From an uncultured Bacillota bacterium (GTDB lineage: Bacteria; Sysuimicrobiota; Sysuimicrobiia; Sysuimicrobiales; Segetimicrobiaceae): a stretch of DNA of 64,000 nucleotides. The DNA lies in NCBI GenBank assembly GCA_963804645.1, contig CAWDRG010000017.1, positions 1-64,000 of the forward strand, in the 5' to 3' direction. Under the pieces are notes generated by a model, which was given only the letters and a program-made list of their open reading frames with translations, did no database searches and had not been told where the DNA came from. Numbering within the stretch: position 1 is the stretch's first letter; the number at the start of each line of letters is the position of its first letter. Positions 26,915 through 37,597 of the stretch are shown here, in pieces. Both the position numbers and the translations under genes were made by a program.

Positions 26915-28810
26915 TCACCCATCGCCATGGAGTTGGTCGACTGTCCGGGATCCTCGTATCGTCGGACGCGATGACCGCCCGGCCACCGGCGTGAAGCCGT
27001 CGGCGCTCCAGTGCTCACTGCCCACGCCGTGATGCACGAAAAACAGCCCAGCGGGATCGTATGTCGCCTTGACCGCCTGCAATCGCGGGTAATTCGCCCC
27101 CCAGAACGCCCGCTGCCAGTCGCGCGCGAAGAAATTACTCTCCGAGACGTACGACCCGGTGTCGGGCACGACCTCGCGGAGTTGGCCCATCGCTTCCCGG
27201 ATAGCGAGCGCATCCCTGCGCCCCGCGGCGAGATCGGGCGGGCGACCGGGTAGATCGGGAAACGCGGGCGGACCCGCGCCGGCAATGATCGCGAGGGCAA
27301 AGGCCGTGAGCACCGCAGGGTTGGTCGCCGCGTCCCTAGCGGCGGCAACCGCCTCCGGAGGAGCGCCCGCGAGCCCCTTATTGAAATGCAGCTCCACGCT
27401 CCAATACCTGGTCGCTGCAAACAGGGCATCTGCGAGACGCTCTCGCTGGGGCGGATCCAACAGCGAGGCGGGCAGCCAGGCGGAGTCAAACCCGTGAAGG
27501 AACCAACCGACCTGGCCTTGATCCCCCGCCCACCACACGTTGCGGTTGGGCACCCCAGGCCGGTCATCGGTCTTCACCGCGCCGGGCGCGTGCGCGCGGA
27601 GATAGTCGGCGTCCCACCAGTGCTGAGCAGGTATGCTCGCAATCACGGGGGCCGACGCCAGGGTGAACTCCTGCGGCGATGCGGCCACCCAATCGAGGAA
27701 CGGTCGCCATGCATCCTGCGACTGGGGTGCGCTCAGTCCGTGGGACACCATGGAAACGGCCAGCGTGTTGTTCGGCCGCAGAGCGACGCTCTCGCCCCAG
27801 TGAGGATTGAACAGCCGGTCGCGGTACACGCGGATGAATTCGCCGATCAGACGCCGGAACGCGGTGTCCGACGCGGCCCGGATCGTCATGAACGCGGCGC
27901 CGAAGAAGCTCGGGAGGTCGTGCGTCTTGAGCGTGAGCGCGGTGACGACGCCCAGGCTACCGCCACCGCCGCCCTTGAGCCCCCAGAACAGGTCGGGGTT
28001 GGTGCAGGCGTTCGCGATCCGCGCGGCGCCGTCCGCGGTCACGATCTCGGCTTCCAGCAGCCCCGACGCGGCGAGACCGTAGTTCTTCGAGAAGCTCCCG
28101 AACCCGCCGCTTTGGATCAGTCCCGCGACGCCGACGGTGGCGCATCCGCCGCCCTGGACGTACTGGCCGGCCTGCGTGGTCACGGCCTCGTAGACGCGCA
28201 TCCACAGCGCGCCCGCGCCGACCGTCACCGCGGGTTGCGGCGCCGCGACGCCCGCGCAGCCCCGCGCGACGAACGCGTCGTGCAGGACGACGCGGTTCAT
28301 CGCGCGCGTCCAAATCAGGAGCGAGTCTGCCGCGTTGGAGGTGCCCTGGTAGCTATGCCCGCCGCCCTTGATGACCAGCCGCAGATGGTGCTCGCGGGCG
28401 AAGTTGACCGCGGCGGCCACATCAGCGGTGTCGCTGGCCGCGACCGCGTACGTGCTCGGCGCCGACGTCCACGCGTCCACCCAGCCCGACGTCTGCGTCG
28501 CACCAGGCTGATCGCCGAGAAAATAGGGATTGTGCAGCTCCTGGACCGCGTCCCGACAGGACGCACCGCCGGGCGCGCTCGCGCAGGCCGCGAACGGAGA
28601 CTGTACCGAGATGAGACGTCCGCCCACATCGCGCTTCAGCGTGTCCCACTGTGCTGGGCTCGGCCACGCCCGGTCGGAGGGTCGGATGCGACGCATCGGC
28701 GCGCCCGACGGGGCGGCGGCACGCGCGGGCGCCGCGCGAAACGGGTTGAGAAGAGCCAGCAAGGGGAGCGCGCCTGCCCGCTGAAGCAGGCCTCTCCTAT
28801 TCATTTTCAT
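26915..28810 (-). CDS. Tat-exported FAD-binding oxidoreductase (berberine-bridge/VAO family)
   Basis: NRRGLL Tat motif, GGGHSY, DLFWGLKGGGGG, FWGANYPRL..VK..YDP. Confidence 0.9.
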   Translation of the reverse strand: MKMNRRGLLQRAGALPLLALLNPFRAAPARAAAPSGAPMRRIRPSDRAWPSPAQWDTLKRDVGGRLISVQSPFAACASAPGGASCRDAVQELHNPYFLGDQPGATQTSGWVDAWTSAPSTYAVAASDTADVAAAVNFAREHHLRLVIKGGGHSYQGTSNAADSLLIWTRAMNRVVLHDAFVARGCAGVAAPQPAVTVGAGALWMRVYEAVTTQAGQYVQGGGCATVGVAGLIQSGGFGSFSKNYGLAASGLLEAEIVTADGAARIANACTNPDLFWGLKGGGGGSLGVVTALTLKTHDLPSFFGAAFMTIRAASDTAFRRLIGEFIRVYRDRLFNPHWGESVALRPNNTLAVSMVSHGLSAPQSQDAWRPFLDWVAASPQEFTLASAPVIASIPAQHWWDADYLRAHAPGAVKTDDRPGVPNRNVWWAGDQGQVGWFLHGFDSAWLPASLLDPPQRERLADALFAATRYWSVELHFNKGLAGAPPEAVAAARDAATNPAVLTAFALAIIAGAGPPAFPDLPGRPPDLAAGRRDALAIREAMGQLREVVPDTGSYVSESNFFARDWQRAFWGANYPRLQAVKATYDPAGLFFVHHGVGSEHWSADGFTPVAGRSSRPTIRGSRTVDQLHGDG

Positions 28811-28843
28811 TACCGGGCCCTCCGGGACGGCAGGCCGTACGGT

Positions 28844-30271
28844 CTACAGGTCGAGCGCCGGGCCCGGCACGTCCCGCACGGGTGAGACGTACGGCGCGGA
28901 CGCCGTCGCCTTCCGGTGCTCGTCGGCGGCCTGCGCGATCATTGCACGATCTTTCATCAAATCGCACGCGGCCGCGCCGAGCACCTGCGCGGCGAACAGC
29001 ATGCCCGTTCGGCCGATCGGACTGCCGACGCTCGCCGCGAATTGCCAGGAGTGCCCCGGCGTCCCGAGGGGTGCGGTAACCGCGCGCATCTCCGATGTCG
29101 GCACGACGTAGGACACGTCCCCGACGTCGGTCGAGCCTCCGACCGACTCGTCGTAGGACGGAACCGGCAGAATCCGCTCGATCAGGTCGGTGCCCGGGGC
29201 CCCTGGAGCGCCGAGGTCAAGTCCGTGCCGGCGCAGGTCATCCATCGCCTTGCGCAGCGCGCCGTCGGGAAACGTCGCCTGCAGCTTGCGCGCGAACGCG
29301 TGCTCCTCGGCGGTAAACATCGGCGCCCCGATCGCTTCCATCGTGCGCTGCAGCAGGGCGTCGAGCGTCTGATTCGCCAGCGTGTCGTAGCACCCGGCGA
29401 CGAGGCGGACGTCGTGCGTGGTCCCCGTCATGAGGCATGCGCCGCGCGCGATGTCGAGCAGGCGCCCGTAGACGTCCTCCACTTGGGCGCGGTGCGGCGC
29501 GCGGACATAGTACCACACCTCCGCGCGACTGGGCACCACGTTCGGCGCCAGCCCGCCGTCGGTGATCACGTAGTGGATGCGGGTCGAGGAATGGACGTGC
29601 TCGCGCAGAAAGTTCGCGCCGACGTTCATCAGCTCGACCGCGTCGAGGGCGCTGCGCCCGGCCTCCGGCATCCCCGCCGCGTGCGACGACACGCCGTGAA
29701 ACGTGAATCGAACCGAGTTCATCGCGGTGTGCAGCTCGTTCATGACCTGGTTCTCGCGGCCCGGGTGCCACGTCAGCGCGCAGTCGACGTCCGCAAAGCG
29801 TCCTTCCTTCACCATGAACACCTTGCCGACCAGCGTCTCCTCGGCGGGGCACCCGTAGAAGCGCACCGTGCCCGTGATCTCCCCCCGGCGGATCGCGTGG
29901 CGCACGGCCATCGCTCCCGCGGCGGCCGCGGTCCCGAGCAGGTTGTGGCCGCACCCGTGGCCCGGCCCGTTCGGCACGATCGGACGATGCTCCGTCGCGC
30001 CGCGCTGCTGGCTCAACCCCGGCAGCGCGTCGAACTCACCGAGCAGCGCGATGACGGGCTTGCCCTCCCCATAGGTCGCGATGAACGCGGTCGGCATCCC
30101 GGCGACGCCGCGCTCCACCGCGAACCCGGCGGCCTCGAGCGCGTGCGCGAGCGTGGCGCTGCTCTGCGTCTCATGCAGCCCGAGCTCCGGCGTTTCCCAG
30201 ATGCGATCGGCAAGATCCCCGAATAAGGGCGCCTGTTCGGTCACAAAATCGAGGACCGACGATAGCGGCAT
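28844..30271 (-). CDS. M20 amidohydrolase, AbgB-like
   Basis: GEFDALPGLSQ, GHGCGHN, GCPAEE, GSTDVGDVS, PGHSWQ. Confidence 0.9.
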   Translation of the reverse strand: MPLSSVLDFVTEQAPLFGDLADRIWETPELGLHETQSSATLAHALEAAGFAVERGVAGMPTAFIATYGEGKPVIALLGEFDALPGLSQQRGATEHRPIVPNGPGHGCGHNLLGTAAAAGAMAVRHAIRRGEITGTVRFYGCPAEETLVGKVFMVKEGRFADVDCALTWHPGRENQVMNELHTAMNSVRFTFHGVSSHAAGMPEAGRSALDAVELMNVGANFLREHVHSSTRIHYVITDGGLAPNVVPSRAEVWYYVRAPHRAQVEDVYGRLLDIARGACLMTGTTHDVRLVAGCYDTLANQTLDALLQRTMEAIGAPMFTAEEHAFARKLQATFPDGALRKAMDDLRRHGLDLGAPGAPGTDLIERILPVPSYDESVGGSTDVGDVSYVVPTSEMRAVTAPLGTPGHSWQFAASVGSPIGRTGMLFAAQVLGAAACDLMKDRAMIAQAADEHRKATASAPYVSPVRDVPGPALDL

Positions 30272-30341
30272 GCGTCACCTCCGGCGGTCGCGCAAACCGC
30301 CGAGTTCTCACGCGGGCTGGTCCCGGTCTATCCCCGCGCGG

Positions 30342-31952
30342 CTATTTCCACGTCGCGTAGATCGCGGCCCACTTTTCTGTCGGCACCACGGTCACCCCGT
30401 CGAGGTGACTGCTCGTCACGACGTAGAAGTCCTGGCTCCACAGGAAGATCCAGGGGGCGTCCATCCAGACCGTCTCCTGCGCGTCTTTGTAGATCGCCGC
30501 CCGCTGCGCCGGACTGACGGTCGTCTGGCCGGCCAGCAGGTCCTGGTCGAACTTGGGATCCTTGTAGAACACGGACGAATATCCGTTGGGGGGCCACATG
30601 CCCGAGTAGAGCGGTCCGAACAGCTCGCCGTCGGTATCGAGGTACGGCCCGGCCTGCCCGAGCATGTACATTTGGATCTGGGTCCGATCCGAGGGCACCC
30701 CGAGCGCGCCGATGTAGCTCGGCCAATCCGCGGTCTGCACCTGCGCCGTCACCCCGACGTTGGCGAGCTGTGCCGCGATCGCCTGCGCGGCCTGGTAATC
30801 CTGAATGTACCGGCCGGTCGGCGCCCGGAGCGTGATGGTAAAGCCGTTCGGATAGCCTGCCTCGGCGAGCATCTTCTTCGCGCGGGTGGGGTCGAAGGGC
30901 CATCCGCCCCGCTGGACCTGCGTGTAACCGAAGATCGCCGGGGTGTCCGGCGAGTCCATCACGTTCGCCAATCCGAACAGCACGCTGTGGACGATCGCCT
31001 GCTTGTTGACGGCGTAGTTGAGCGCCTGGCGGACCCGCACATCCTTGAGCGGGCCGTACAGGTTGTTCATGCCGATGAAGATGACCCGGTCGCTCGCGCC
31101 CTCGACGACCCGCAGCGACGCATCCTTGCGCATCGCCGGCACGTCCGGCGCCGGCGGCTCAAATGCGAACTGCACGTCGCCCGCGCGCAGCATGGTCTCG
31201 CGGGCCCCGGCGTCGGGCACGACGCGGAAGGTCACCTGATCGAAGTACGGCTTCCGCCCCCAGTAGTCGGGATTGCGCGTCACGGTCAGATGGTCGCCGT
31301 GCACCCATTCTTTGAACACGTACGGACCGGAGCCCGCGTTCGTGGGCGCGAGCGCGATCTTCTCGTTCCCGAGCGCCTTGACCGCGGTCGGGGACACCAT
31401 CTCCGCGGCCGTGGTGGCGAGCTGCTCGAGCAGCGTGGGGGCGGGCTTATTGAAGTGCAGCACGATCGTATAGGGATCCGGGGTCTCGATGTTGTTCGCA
31501 TCGAGCGCGGCCCAATAGTACCGCGCGTTATTCCGGATCGCGGGATCCAGCATGCGCTGGATGTTGAACTTCACCGCCTGAGCGTCGAACGCGGTGCCGT
31601 CCTGGAACTTGACCCCCTGCCGCAGCTTGAACGTGAACGTGCGCCCGTCCGGGCTCACCGTCCACGAACTCGCGAGCTGCGGCGTGAGCTTCGTGTATTG
31701 GGGCTGGCCGGGGCCGACCCCGGACCGCTCGTCGTTGTACCACACGAGGGGGTCGTACATATAATCCACGACGTTCGACACCGTCGCCGTCGTCTGCCCT
31801 TCGGGATCGAGCGTGTCCTCGTCGATCCCAAGCGCCAGGGTGAGCGTCGTCGGCGCCGCCGCGTACCCGCCTCCCGACAGGACGAACAGGACACACGTGC
31901 ACGCGATGGCGATCACCCACGCCGGGCCGCGCCCGGCGATCCGTCCGCCCAT
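30342..31952 (-). CDS. peptide/nickel ABC transporter substrate-binding protein (family 5)
   Basis: Signal peptide, LASSWTVSPDG..FTFKLRQGVKFQDG, GSGPY, VRQALNYAVNK. Confidence 0.92.
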   Translation of the reverse strand: MGGRIAGRGPAWVIAIACTCVLFVLSGGGYAAAPTTLTLALGIDEDTLDPEGQTTATVSNVVDYMYDPLVWYNDERSGVGPGQPQYTKLTPQLASSWTVSPDGRTFTFKLRQGVKFQDGTAFDAQAVKFNIQRMLDPAIRNNARYYWAALDANNIETPDPYTIVLHFNKPAPTLLEQLATTAAEMVSPTAVKALGNEKIALAPTNAGSGPYVFKEWVHGDHLTVTRNPDYWGRKPYFDQVTFRVVPDAGARETMLRAGDVQFAFEPPAPDVPAMRKDASLRVVEGASDRVIFIGMNNLYGPLKDVRVRQALNYAVNKQAIVHSVLFGLANVMDSPDTPAIFGYTQVQRGGWPFDPTRAKKMLAEAGYPNGFTITLRAPTGRYIQDYQAAQAIAAQLANVGVTAQVQTADWPSYIGALGVPSDRTQIQMYMLGQAGPYLDTDGELFGPLYSGMWPPNGYSSVFYKDPKFDQDLLAGQTTVSPAQRAAIYKDAQETVWMDAPWIFLWSQDFYVVTSSHLDGVTVVPTEKWAAIYATWK

Positions 31953-32186
31953 CTCGCATCACCTCCGACGCTGACCGCGTGTCCGCCGCATCCCGCGAAG
32001 CGACAGCAACAAAGGGGCTTCCGCGCTGAGACCGGGTCCCCTGCCCGGGCCTGCCGTGGACCGACCGCGTCGCGGCGCGCTCGGAGATCCCAGTCTGTGG
32101 CGCTACGCCCATGGAACGAGAAACGCGCCGGCCCGGGAGGAGCGGACGTCCCGCGCCCCCGGGCCGGTGAAGCCGTGCGACCGCCG

Positions 32187-32552
32187 CTAACCCGCCTTCG
32201 TCTGCCAGAGCGCGATGGGCGCGCCGGTGGGGTCGATGAGGATGCTGAACCAGCCCATCCCCGGCACCTCCGTCTTATCCCGCATAACCGTGGCCCCGAG
32301 CGACTTCGCCTTCTGCGTGGCCGCGACAAGGTCGTCGACGTTCACGTAGGCGAGCCAGCCCGACGGCGCGCCCGGCACGGGGTGCTTCATCATGCCCCCG
32401 CCCGGGCCATCGCCCGTCTTGATGATCGTGTACGTCTGACCGCCTCCCATGTCCACGTCTTCCAGCGTCCAGGTAAACAGGTTCTGGTAGAACGCTTTTG
32501 CCTTGGCCACATCGGTCGTATTCAGCTCCAGGTGCACAAACGAGTTTGCCAC
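32187..32552 (-). CDS. VOC/glyoxalase family protein
   Basis: FVHLEL…AKAFY…WLAYVNVDD…DPTGA. GTG start with RBS. Confidence 0.88.
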   Translation of the reverse strand: MANSFVHLELNTTDVAKAKAFYQNLFTWTLEDVDMGGGQTYTIIKTGDGPGGGMMKHPVPGAPSGWLAYVNVDDLVAATQKAKSLGATVMRDKTEVPGMGWFSILIDPTGAPIALWQTKAG

Positions 32553-32863
32553 GGCGGACCTCCTCATCTCGGATGTATAGCCGTACCCATGGTGCGACGA
32601 CCGCAACGAATGAACACGCACAAGCGGGACCCACAGACAGTGTGCGCCTCCAATATTAAGCCTCTCGCGAAGGAAGGTAAAGACAGTCCTCATCGTGCGT
32701 CACAGACAGGACACGCCACCGACCCGCACGCCCGGTGCCGGACGCGGCACCATCCTGTCCGAGCGCCCTCGCCGGACCTCCGGGGGAGGGGCGGAATCCC
32801 GGGCGCCCGGCGCGAATCCCTCGCGATGGCGGCGGCCCGTCAGACGGCCCGCGGGAGGACCTC

Positions 32864-34615
32864 ATGCTCGAATCTCCAATGTCGACTACCGGCCCGAGAG
32901 GGGTCACGCAGGGGCGGCCTGCCTTTCTCGCGAGGACGTACCTCGTCAGCTCGACCCACTACCTTGCCACGATGGCGGGCGAGCGGGTGTTCTCGCGCGG
33001 CGGCAACGCGGTGGATGCCGGGGTCGCGGCGGGGATCGCGCTCAACGTGTTGGAGCGGCATCTCACCGACTTCGGCGGGGTGGCGCCCGTGATGGTGTTC
33101 CGGACCGGAATGCCGCGCCCGGAGACGATCGCCGGCGTCGGACGGTGGCCGCTCCGGCTCTCCCTGGAACGCCATCGGGAGCGGCACGGATCCGAGATGC
33201 CCGAGGGCGCCGCGCGCTACGTCACGCCGGCCGCGGCGGACGCCTGGCTCACGGCGCTGGCGCGGCACGGCCGGCTGGGGCTGGCCGACGTTCTGCAGCC
33301 CGCGCGCGAACTCTGCGACGGGTTCCCGGTGTTCCCCCGGCTGGCGCGGGATCTCGCGAGCGCCGCGCCGCGTCTCGCCGAATGGCCCTCGAGCGCCCGC
33401 GTGTTTCTGCCGCACGGGCGCCCGCCCGAGGCCGGGGACGTGCTGGTGCAGCGGGACCTGGGACGGCTCTTCGACCGGCTGATCGAAGTTGAGCGGAACG
33501 CGGTGCGCAAGGGCCGCAAGGCGGCGATCATGGCGGCCCGGAACGAGTTCTATACCGGCGAGATCGGCCGGGAGCTGGCCGCCCACGCCCAGCGCACCGG
33601 CGGGGCGCTCGACGCCGAGGACCTCGCGGCGTTCCGCGTGGCCGTCGGACCCTCGGTCTCGTCGACCTACCGCGGCATGGAGGTCCACGCGTGCGGACCG
33701 TGGTCGCAGGGCCCGATGCTCCCGATGATTCTGAATCTGCTCGAGGGCGTTGATCTCCGCCGCATGGCGCCCGGCTCGGCCGAATACTTCCACCATGTCG
33801 TCGAGGCGATCAAGCTGGCGTGCGCGGATCGCGAGGCGTTCTTCGGCGATCCGGATCTGGTCGACGTGCCGATCGACGGCCTGCTCCACCCCGGCTACGC
33901 CGAGGAGCGGCGCCGGCTGCTCGATCCCGGCGCCGCGAGTCCAGGAATGCCGGTGCCCGGCGACCCCTGGCGGTGGGAGGAGCGCACGGGCCCGGCCGGC
34001 TGCGTCCCCCAACCGGTGAGCGGGCCCGGACAGCCGGACACGTCGTATGTCTGCGCGATGGACGCGGACGGCAACGCGTTCTCGGCCACGCCGTCGGACT
34101 CCGGGCTGACCGCTCCGCTCGTGGACGGGCTCGGCATCATCATCTCCACCCGAGGCTCCCAACTGTGGACGACACCGGGCCACGCCTCGGCGATCGCGCC
34201 GGGGAAGCGGCCGCGTCTGACCCCGAACCCCGCGATGCTCGTGCGCGACGGCCGCGCCGTGATGCCGTTCGGGTGTCCGGGCGGGGACGCGCAGGTGCAG
34301 GCGATGGTGCAGGTCGTCTGCAACATTCTCGACTTTGACATGAACGTGCAGGCGGCGATCGAGGCGCCCCGCGTGATCTCGGAGAGCTTTCCGGGATCGT
34401 TCCATCCGCATCCGTATGCGCCGGGTCTGCTGCGCGTCGAGCGGCGCGTCCCCCCGGAAGTGCGCGCCCGCCTCACCGCACTGGGGCATCGCCTCGAGCT
34501 GCTGCCCGAATTCGCGCCGGCGGTCGCGGCCGTCTGCGCCATTCTCCGCCGCGATCACGACGTGCTGGAGGGCGGCGCCGATCCTCGCCGGGAGAGCTAC
34601 GCGATCGGCTGGTAG
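32864..34615 (+). CDS. gamma-glutamyltransferase family protein
   Basis: GGNAVDAG, ADRE..FGDP, DTSY….D..GN, PGKRP..T..P, GCPGGDAQ, GADPRR. Confidence 0.9.
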   Translation: MLESPMSTTGPRGVTQGRPAFLARTYLVSSTHYLATMAGERVFSRGGNAVDAGVAAGIALNVLERHLTDFGGVAPVMVFRTGMPRPETIAGVGRWPLRLSLERHRERHGSEMPEGAARYVTPAAADAWLTALARHGRLGLADVLQPARELCDGFPVFPRLARDLASAAPRLAEWPSSARVFLPHGRPPEAGDVLVQRDLGRLFDRLIEVERNAVRKGRKAAIMAARNEFYTGEIGRELAAHAQRTGGALDAEDLAAFRVAVGPSVSSTYRGMEVHACGPWSQGPMLPMILNLLEGVDLRRMAPGSAEYFHHVVEAIKLACADREAFFGDPDLVDVPIDGLLHPGYAEERRRLLDPGAASPGMPVPGDPWRWEERTGPAGCVPQPVSGPGQPDTSYVCAMDADGNAFSATPSDSGLTAPLVDGLGIIISTRGSQLWTTPGHASAIAPGKRPRLTPNPAMLVRDGRAVMPFGCPGGDAQVQAMVQVVCNILDFDMNVQAAIEAPRVISESFPGSFHPHPYAPGLLRVERRVPPEVRARLTALGHRLELLPEFAPAVAAVCAILRRDHDVLEGGADPRRESYAIGW

Positions 34616-34651
34616 CGTCGACCGAGGCGCGCAGAGGCCGGACGGCCGGGG

Positions 34652-35428
34652 TCAGGCGAGCCGAAAGACGCCAGGCTTGATCTGAGGGAAGCGGGTCAGG
34701 ATCTCACCATCGTGGCCGGGGCACATCCGCGACTCATCCCCGCCCGCGAGCGCCTGGATCCTCGCCATGCCGTCGAGGCACTCCGCGATGCTGTTGAGGT
34801 GCGCGCCCGGCGGCATCCAATCCCGAAGATTTCGATACGTGGTCAGCGCGTCGTTGGCGAGCACGAATACGCCGCGCGCGGTGCGCACCAGCACGATCTG
34901 CAGCCCGGGCGTGTGCCCGCCGACCCATTCCAGGGTGACCCCATCGGCCACGTCCGTTGTGCCGTCGACGAGGCGCAGACGGCCGGATGACTGCAGCGCC
35001 GCCACGTCCGCGGCAAAGCAGTCGGTCACCCCGCGGCGGTGCCAGCGCTCGCGGGTGCCGTAGCCGGTCCAGAACTCCAGTTCACGACGCTGCACCCAAA
35101 ACGTCGCGCGCGGAAACATCCCCTCGACGTCAAAATGATCCCAATGGAGGTGCGTCAGGATCACGGTCGACACCGATGCCGGGTCGACGCCGGCTGCGGC
35201 CAGCAGCGCCTCGCGTGTGCGGAAATCTTCGAGCGCGACCCCCTGGGCCGCCGCCTGATGCGGGACAAATCCGGTGTCGACGACGATCGGCCCCGCGGGG
35301 CCCTGCAGCACCCACAGAAAGTACGCGGACTTGGCGGTCTCTCCCGGCGTATACGAGTACAGGCGCAGCGCCCAGTCGACCGTCCGACCGGCCTGGTTCA
35401 GTGCATACACTTCATACGTCCCCGCCAT
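34652..35428 (-). CDS. metallo-beta-lactamase-fold, AHL-lactonase-like hydrolase
   Basis: VDTG, THLHWDH, GGHTPG, PGHD. Confidence 0.85.
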   Translation of the reverse strand: MAGTYEVYALNQAGRTVDWALRLYSYTPGETAKSAYFLWVLQGPAGPIVVDTGFVPHQAAAQGVALEDFRTREALLAAAGVDPASVSTVILTHLHWDHFDVEGMFPRATFWVQRRELEFWTGYGTRERWHRRGVTDCFAADVAALQSSGRLRLVDGTTDVADGVTLEWVGGHTPGLQIVLVRTARGVFVLANDALTTYRNLRDWMPPGAHLNSIAECLDGMARIQALAGGDESRMCPGHDGEILTRFPQIKPGVFRLA

Positions 35429-35440
35429 CGCTGCCTCCCG

Positions 35441-36004
35441 TCACTGGCGGCCGAACTGGTTCGGCCGGGCCGCGCGCGGCGGCGAGTCCTGCCGGCCGCT
35501 GGCCGGCGGCGCGGAGAAAAGATCCTCCATCGGCGCGCGGTCGCGTTTCCACACCATGACGCTGCGCACGTATTCGACCACCACCTTCCCGTCTTGATTC
35601 ACGCCCCGCGTAGCGGACCTTCACGATCCCGTACTCCGGGCGCGACCGGGATTCGCGGATCTCCTGCACTTCCGATTCCGCGTACAGCGTGTCTCCGGCA
35701 AACACCGGGTGAGGCAGCGCGATCGCATCCCAGCCGAGCGCGAAGCGTTCTCGCTCACGTCGGTCACGCCCAGGCCCGTCACGATCGCGAGCGTAAGCAG
35801 GCTGTTGGCGAGGGGACGCTGAAACTGTGTGCGGCGCGCGTACTCGGTGTTGAAGTGGATCTGGTTGGTATTGTTGGTCAGCAGCGTGAACCAGGTATTG
35901 TCGACGTCGGTCACCGTCCGCCCGATGCGGCTGCGGTAAAAGTCCCCGACTGCACAGTCCTCGAAGCAGCGCCCCTTCCATCCGTCCTTCACCGCCACGG
36001 TCAC
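35441..36004 (-). pseudogene. MaoC-family dehydratase with two indels
   Basis: FED..VGD…[11 protein letters not shown]…HFN, a -1 at ~35745 (LGW…[12 protein letters not shown]), then a +1 at ~35612 (TRGVNQDG). Confidence 0.75.
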
Positions 36005-36099
36005 TCAGCCGTCTTCCAGATGCCCGCGATCGCGAATATTGGACACGTATGGTACTCTGGGGAACGGCCCCGGCGCATCCGGGGGAGATCGGTGAATCG

Positions 36100-36504
36100 A
36101 TGCTGACCGACGCGCAGCGCGCATTCCTCCAGCCACCACGGCTCGCGCATCTCGCGACCGTCGGCGCTCGTGCGACGCCTCACGTGGTCCCTGTCTGGTA
36201 CCAACTGGACGGCCACGCATTCTACTTTACGACGGTCATGACACGCCGCACGGCCAGGTACCTCCTGCGCGATCCGCGCGCGACGTTCGTCGTCGACGAC
36301 GCCGAACCGCAGGGCCGTCAGGGCATTGAGATCGAGTGCGTCGTCGAGTTTCTGCCCCACGAAGCCGAGCGGGTCGCCCGCGAACTCGCCCTCCGCTACC
36401 TGGGCCCCGTGGAAGGTCCGGTCTACGCGGCCGGCATGATCGCCACCCCCGGCCGCAGCGCGATTCGGGCCGTGCCGCAGCGCGTCCGCAGTTGGGGCAT
36501 GTAG
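36100..36504 (+). CDS. pyridoxamine 5'-phosphate oxidase-like (PPOX) protein
   Basis: LAHLAT….PHVVPVWY…[12 protein letters not shown]…RVRSWG. Confidence 0.8.
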   Translation: MLTDAQRAFLQPPRLAHLATVGARATPHVVPVWYQLDGHAFYFTTVMTRRTARYLLRDPRATFVVDDAEPQGRQGIEIECVVEFLPHEAERVARELALRYLGPVEGPVYAAGMIATPGRSAIRAVPQRVRSWGM

Positions 36505-36562
36505 CCGCCGCGACGCCCTCACCACGCGCGGGCGGCTCCGGGACCGTCGCCCCGCGTCCCGG

Positions 36563-37597
36563 TCACGCCTCCGCCCCCGATCCCACCAGCCGTCCCAGCA
36601 CTTCGTCGGCGAACACGCGCATCGGCGTCAGCGGTCCCGCGTCGTCCACGGGCCAAAGCCGGAGCGCGAAGTGGGACACGCCCGCCGCCGCGAGCGCGCG
36701 CAGTTTCGCGAGGCATTCGGGCGGCGTCCCCGCCACGGTGAACGTGTCGACCACCTCGTCGGGGATGAGTCCCAGCACGTCGTCCTGGAGCGTCCAGTGG
36801 TCGCCGTACCGGACCTTCGCCATCACCGCCTCGAGCGGTGCGGGCAGCGTGACGCCGAAGGTCGGGAGCACGTCGCGGCTCGAGAGCAGGATGCCGAACA
36901 CCACGAGACGCGCCCGCCGCCGGACGCGCCGCGCATCCGTCCCGATGACGGTGTGCGTCCACGCCGCCACCCGAAGGTCGTGGCGCGTCCGGCCAGACTT
37001 CCGGAGCCCCGCCTCCACCGGCACCATCGCCCGGCTCACGGCCGCGGGGCTGGCGAGCCCGCCGAGCATCACCCCATCCGCGACCTCGCCCGCGACCTCC
37101 AGGATCCGGGGGCCGCGGCCGGCAATGTAAATCGGCGGCACTGCCACCGGGCCAAAATCCATGCCGCCGTGAAAATGGACCGGCGCGTCCATCGCCACCT
37201 GCCCGCCGGCGAACAACGTGCGCAGCAGCTGCACGGTGGCGCGGATCGACGCGGCAGGCCGATGGACCACCGTGCCCATCGCGGCGAATCCGCTGATCCC
37301 CGCCCCGAGCCCCACGACGACCCGTCCATGCGAGGCCTCCTGCAGCGTGGCCAGACAGGTCGCGGTGATCGCGGGGTGCCGCACGAACGGGTCGGTGACG
37401 CAGGGCCCGAGCCGGACGGCCCGGGTGTGCCGCGCGACGGCGGTCAGCGTCACCATGACGTCGCGGAAGAACCGCTCGTCCGGCACCCAGATGTGGTCAA
37501 AGCCGCGCGCCTCCGCCTCCGCGGCGGCGTCGGCCAGCTCGCGCACCGGCAGCGCCGGCAGCAGCCCGACGCCGACGCTGATCGCGGGGCCGGTCAT
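36563..37597 (-). CDS. LLM-class flavin/F420-dependent oxidoreductase (Mer-like)
   Basis: AEARGFDHIWVPDE, LGPCVTDP..RHP, PIYIAGRGPR..EVAGEVADG. Confidence 0.88.
   Translation of the reverse strand: MTGPAISVGVGLLPALPVRELADAAAEAEARGFDHIWVPDERFFRDVMVTLTAVARHTRAVRLGPCVTDPFVRHPAITATCLATLQEASHGRVVVGLGAGISGFAAMGTVVHRPAASIRATVQLLRTLFAGGQVAMDAPVHFHGGMDFGPVAVPPIYIAGRGPRILEVAGEVADGVMLGGLASPAAVSRAMVPVEAGLRKSGRTRHDLRVAAWTHTVIGTDARRVRRRARLVVFGILLSSRDVLPTFGVTLPAPLEAVMAKVRYGDHWTLQDDVLGLIPDEVVDTFTVAGTPPECLAKLRALAAAGVSHFALRLWPVDDAGPLTPMRVFADEVLGRLVGSGAEA

Noticed and set aside
30081..33092. 1003-aa + strand ORF
   Set aside because: Antisense shadow of the SBP and VOC genes in GC-rich DNA, with Arg/Gly-rich composition and no motifs.
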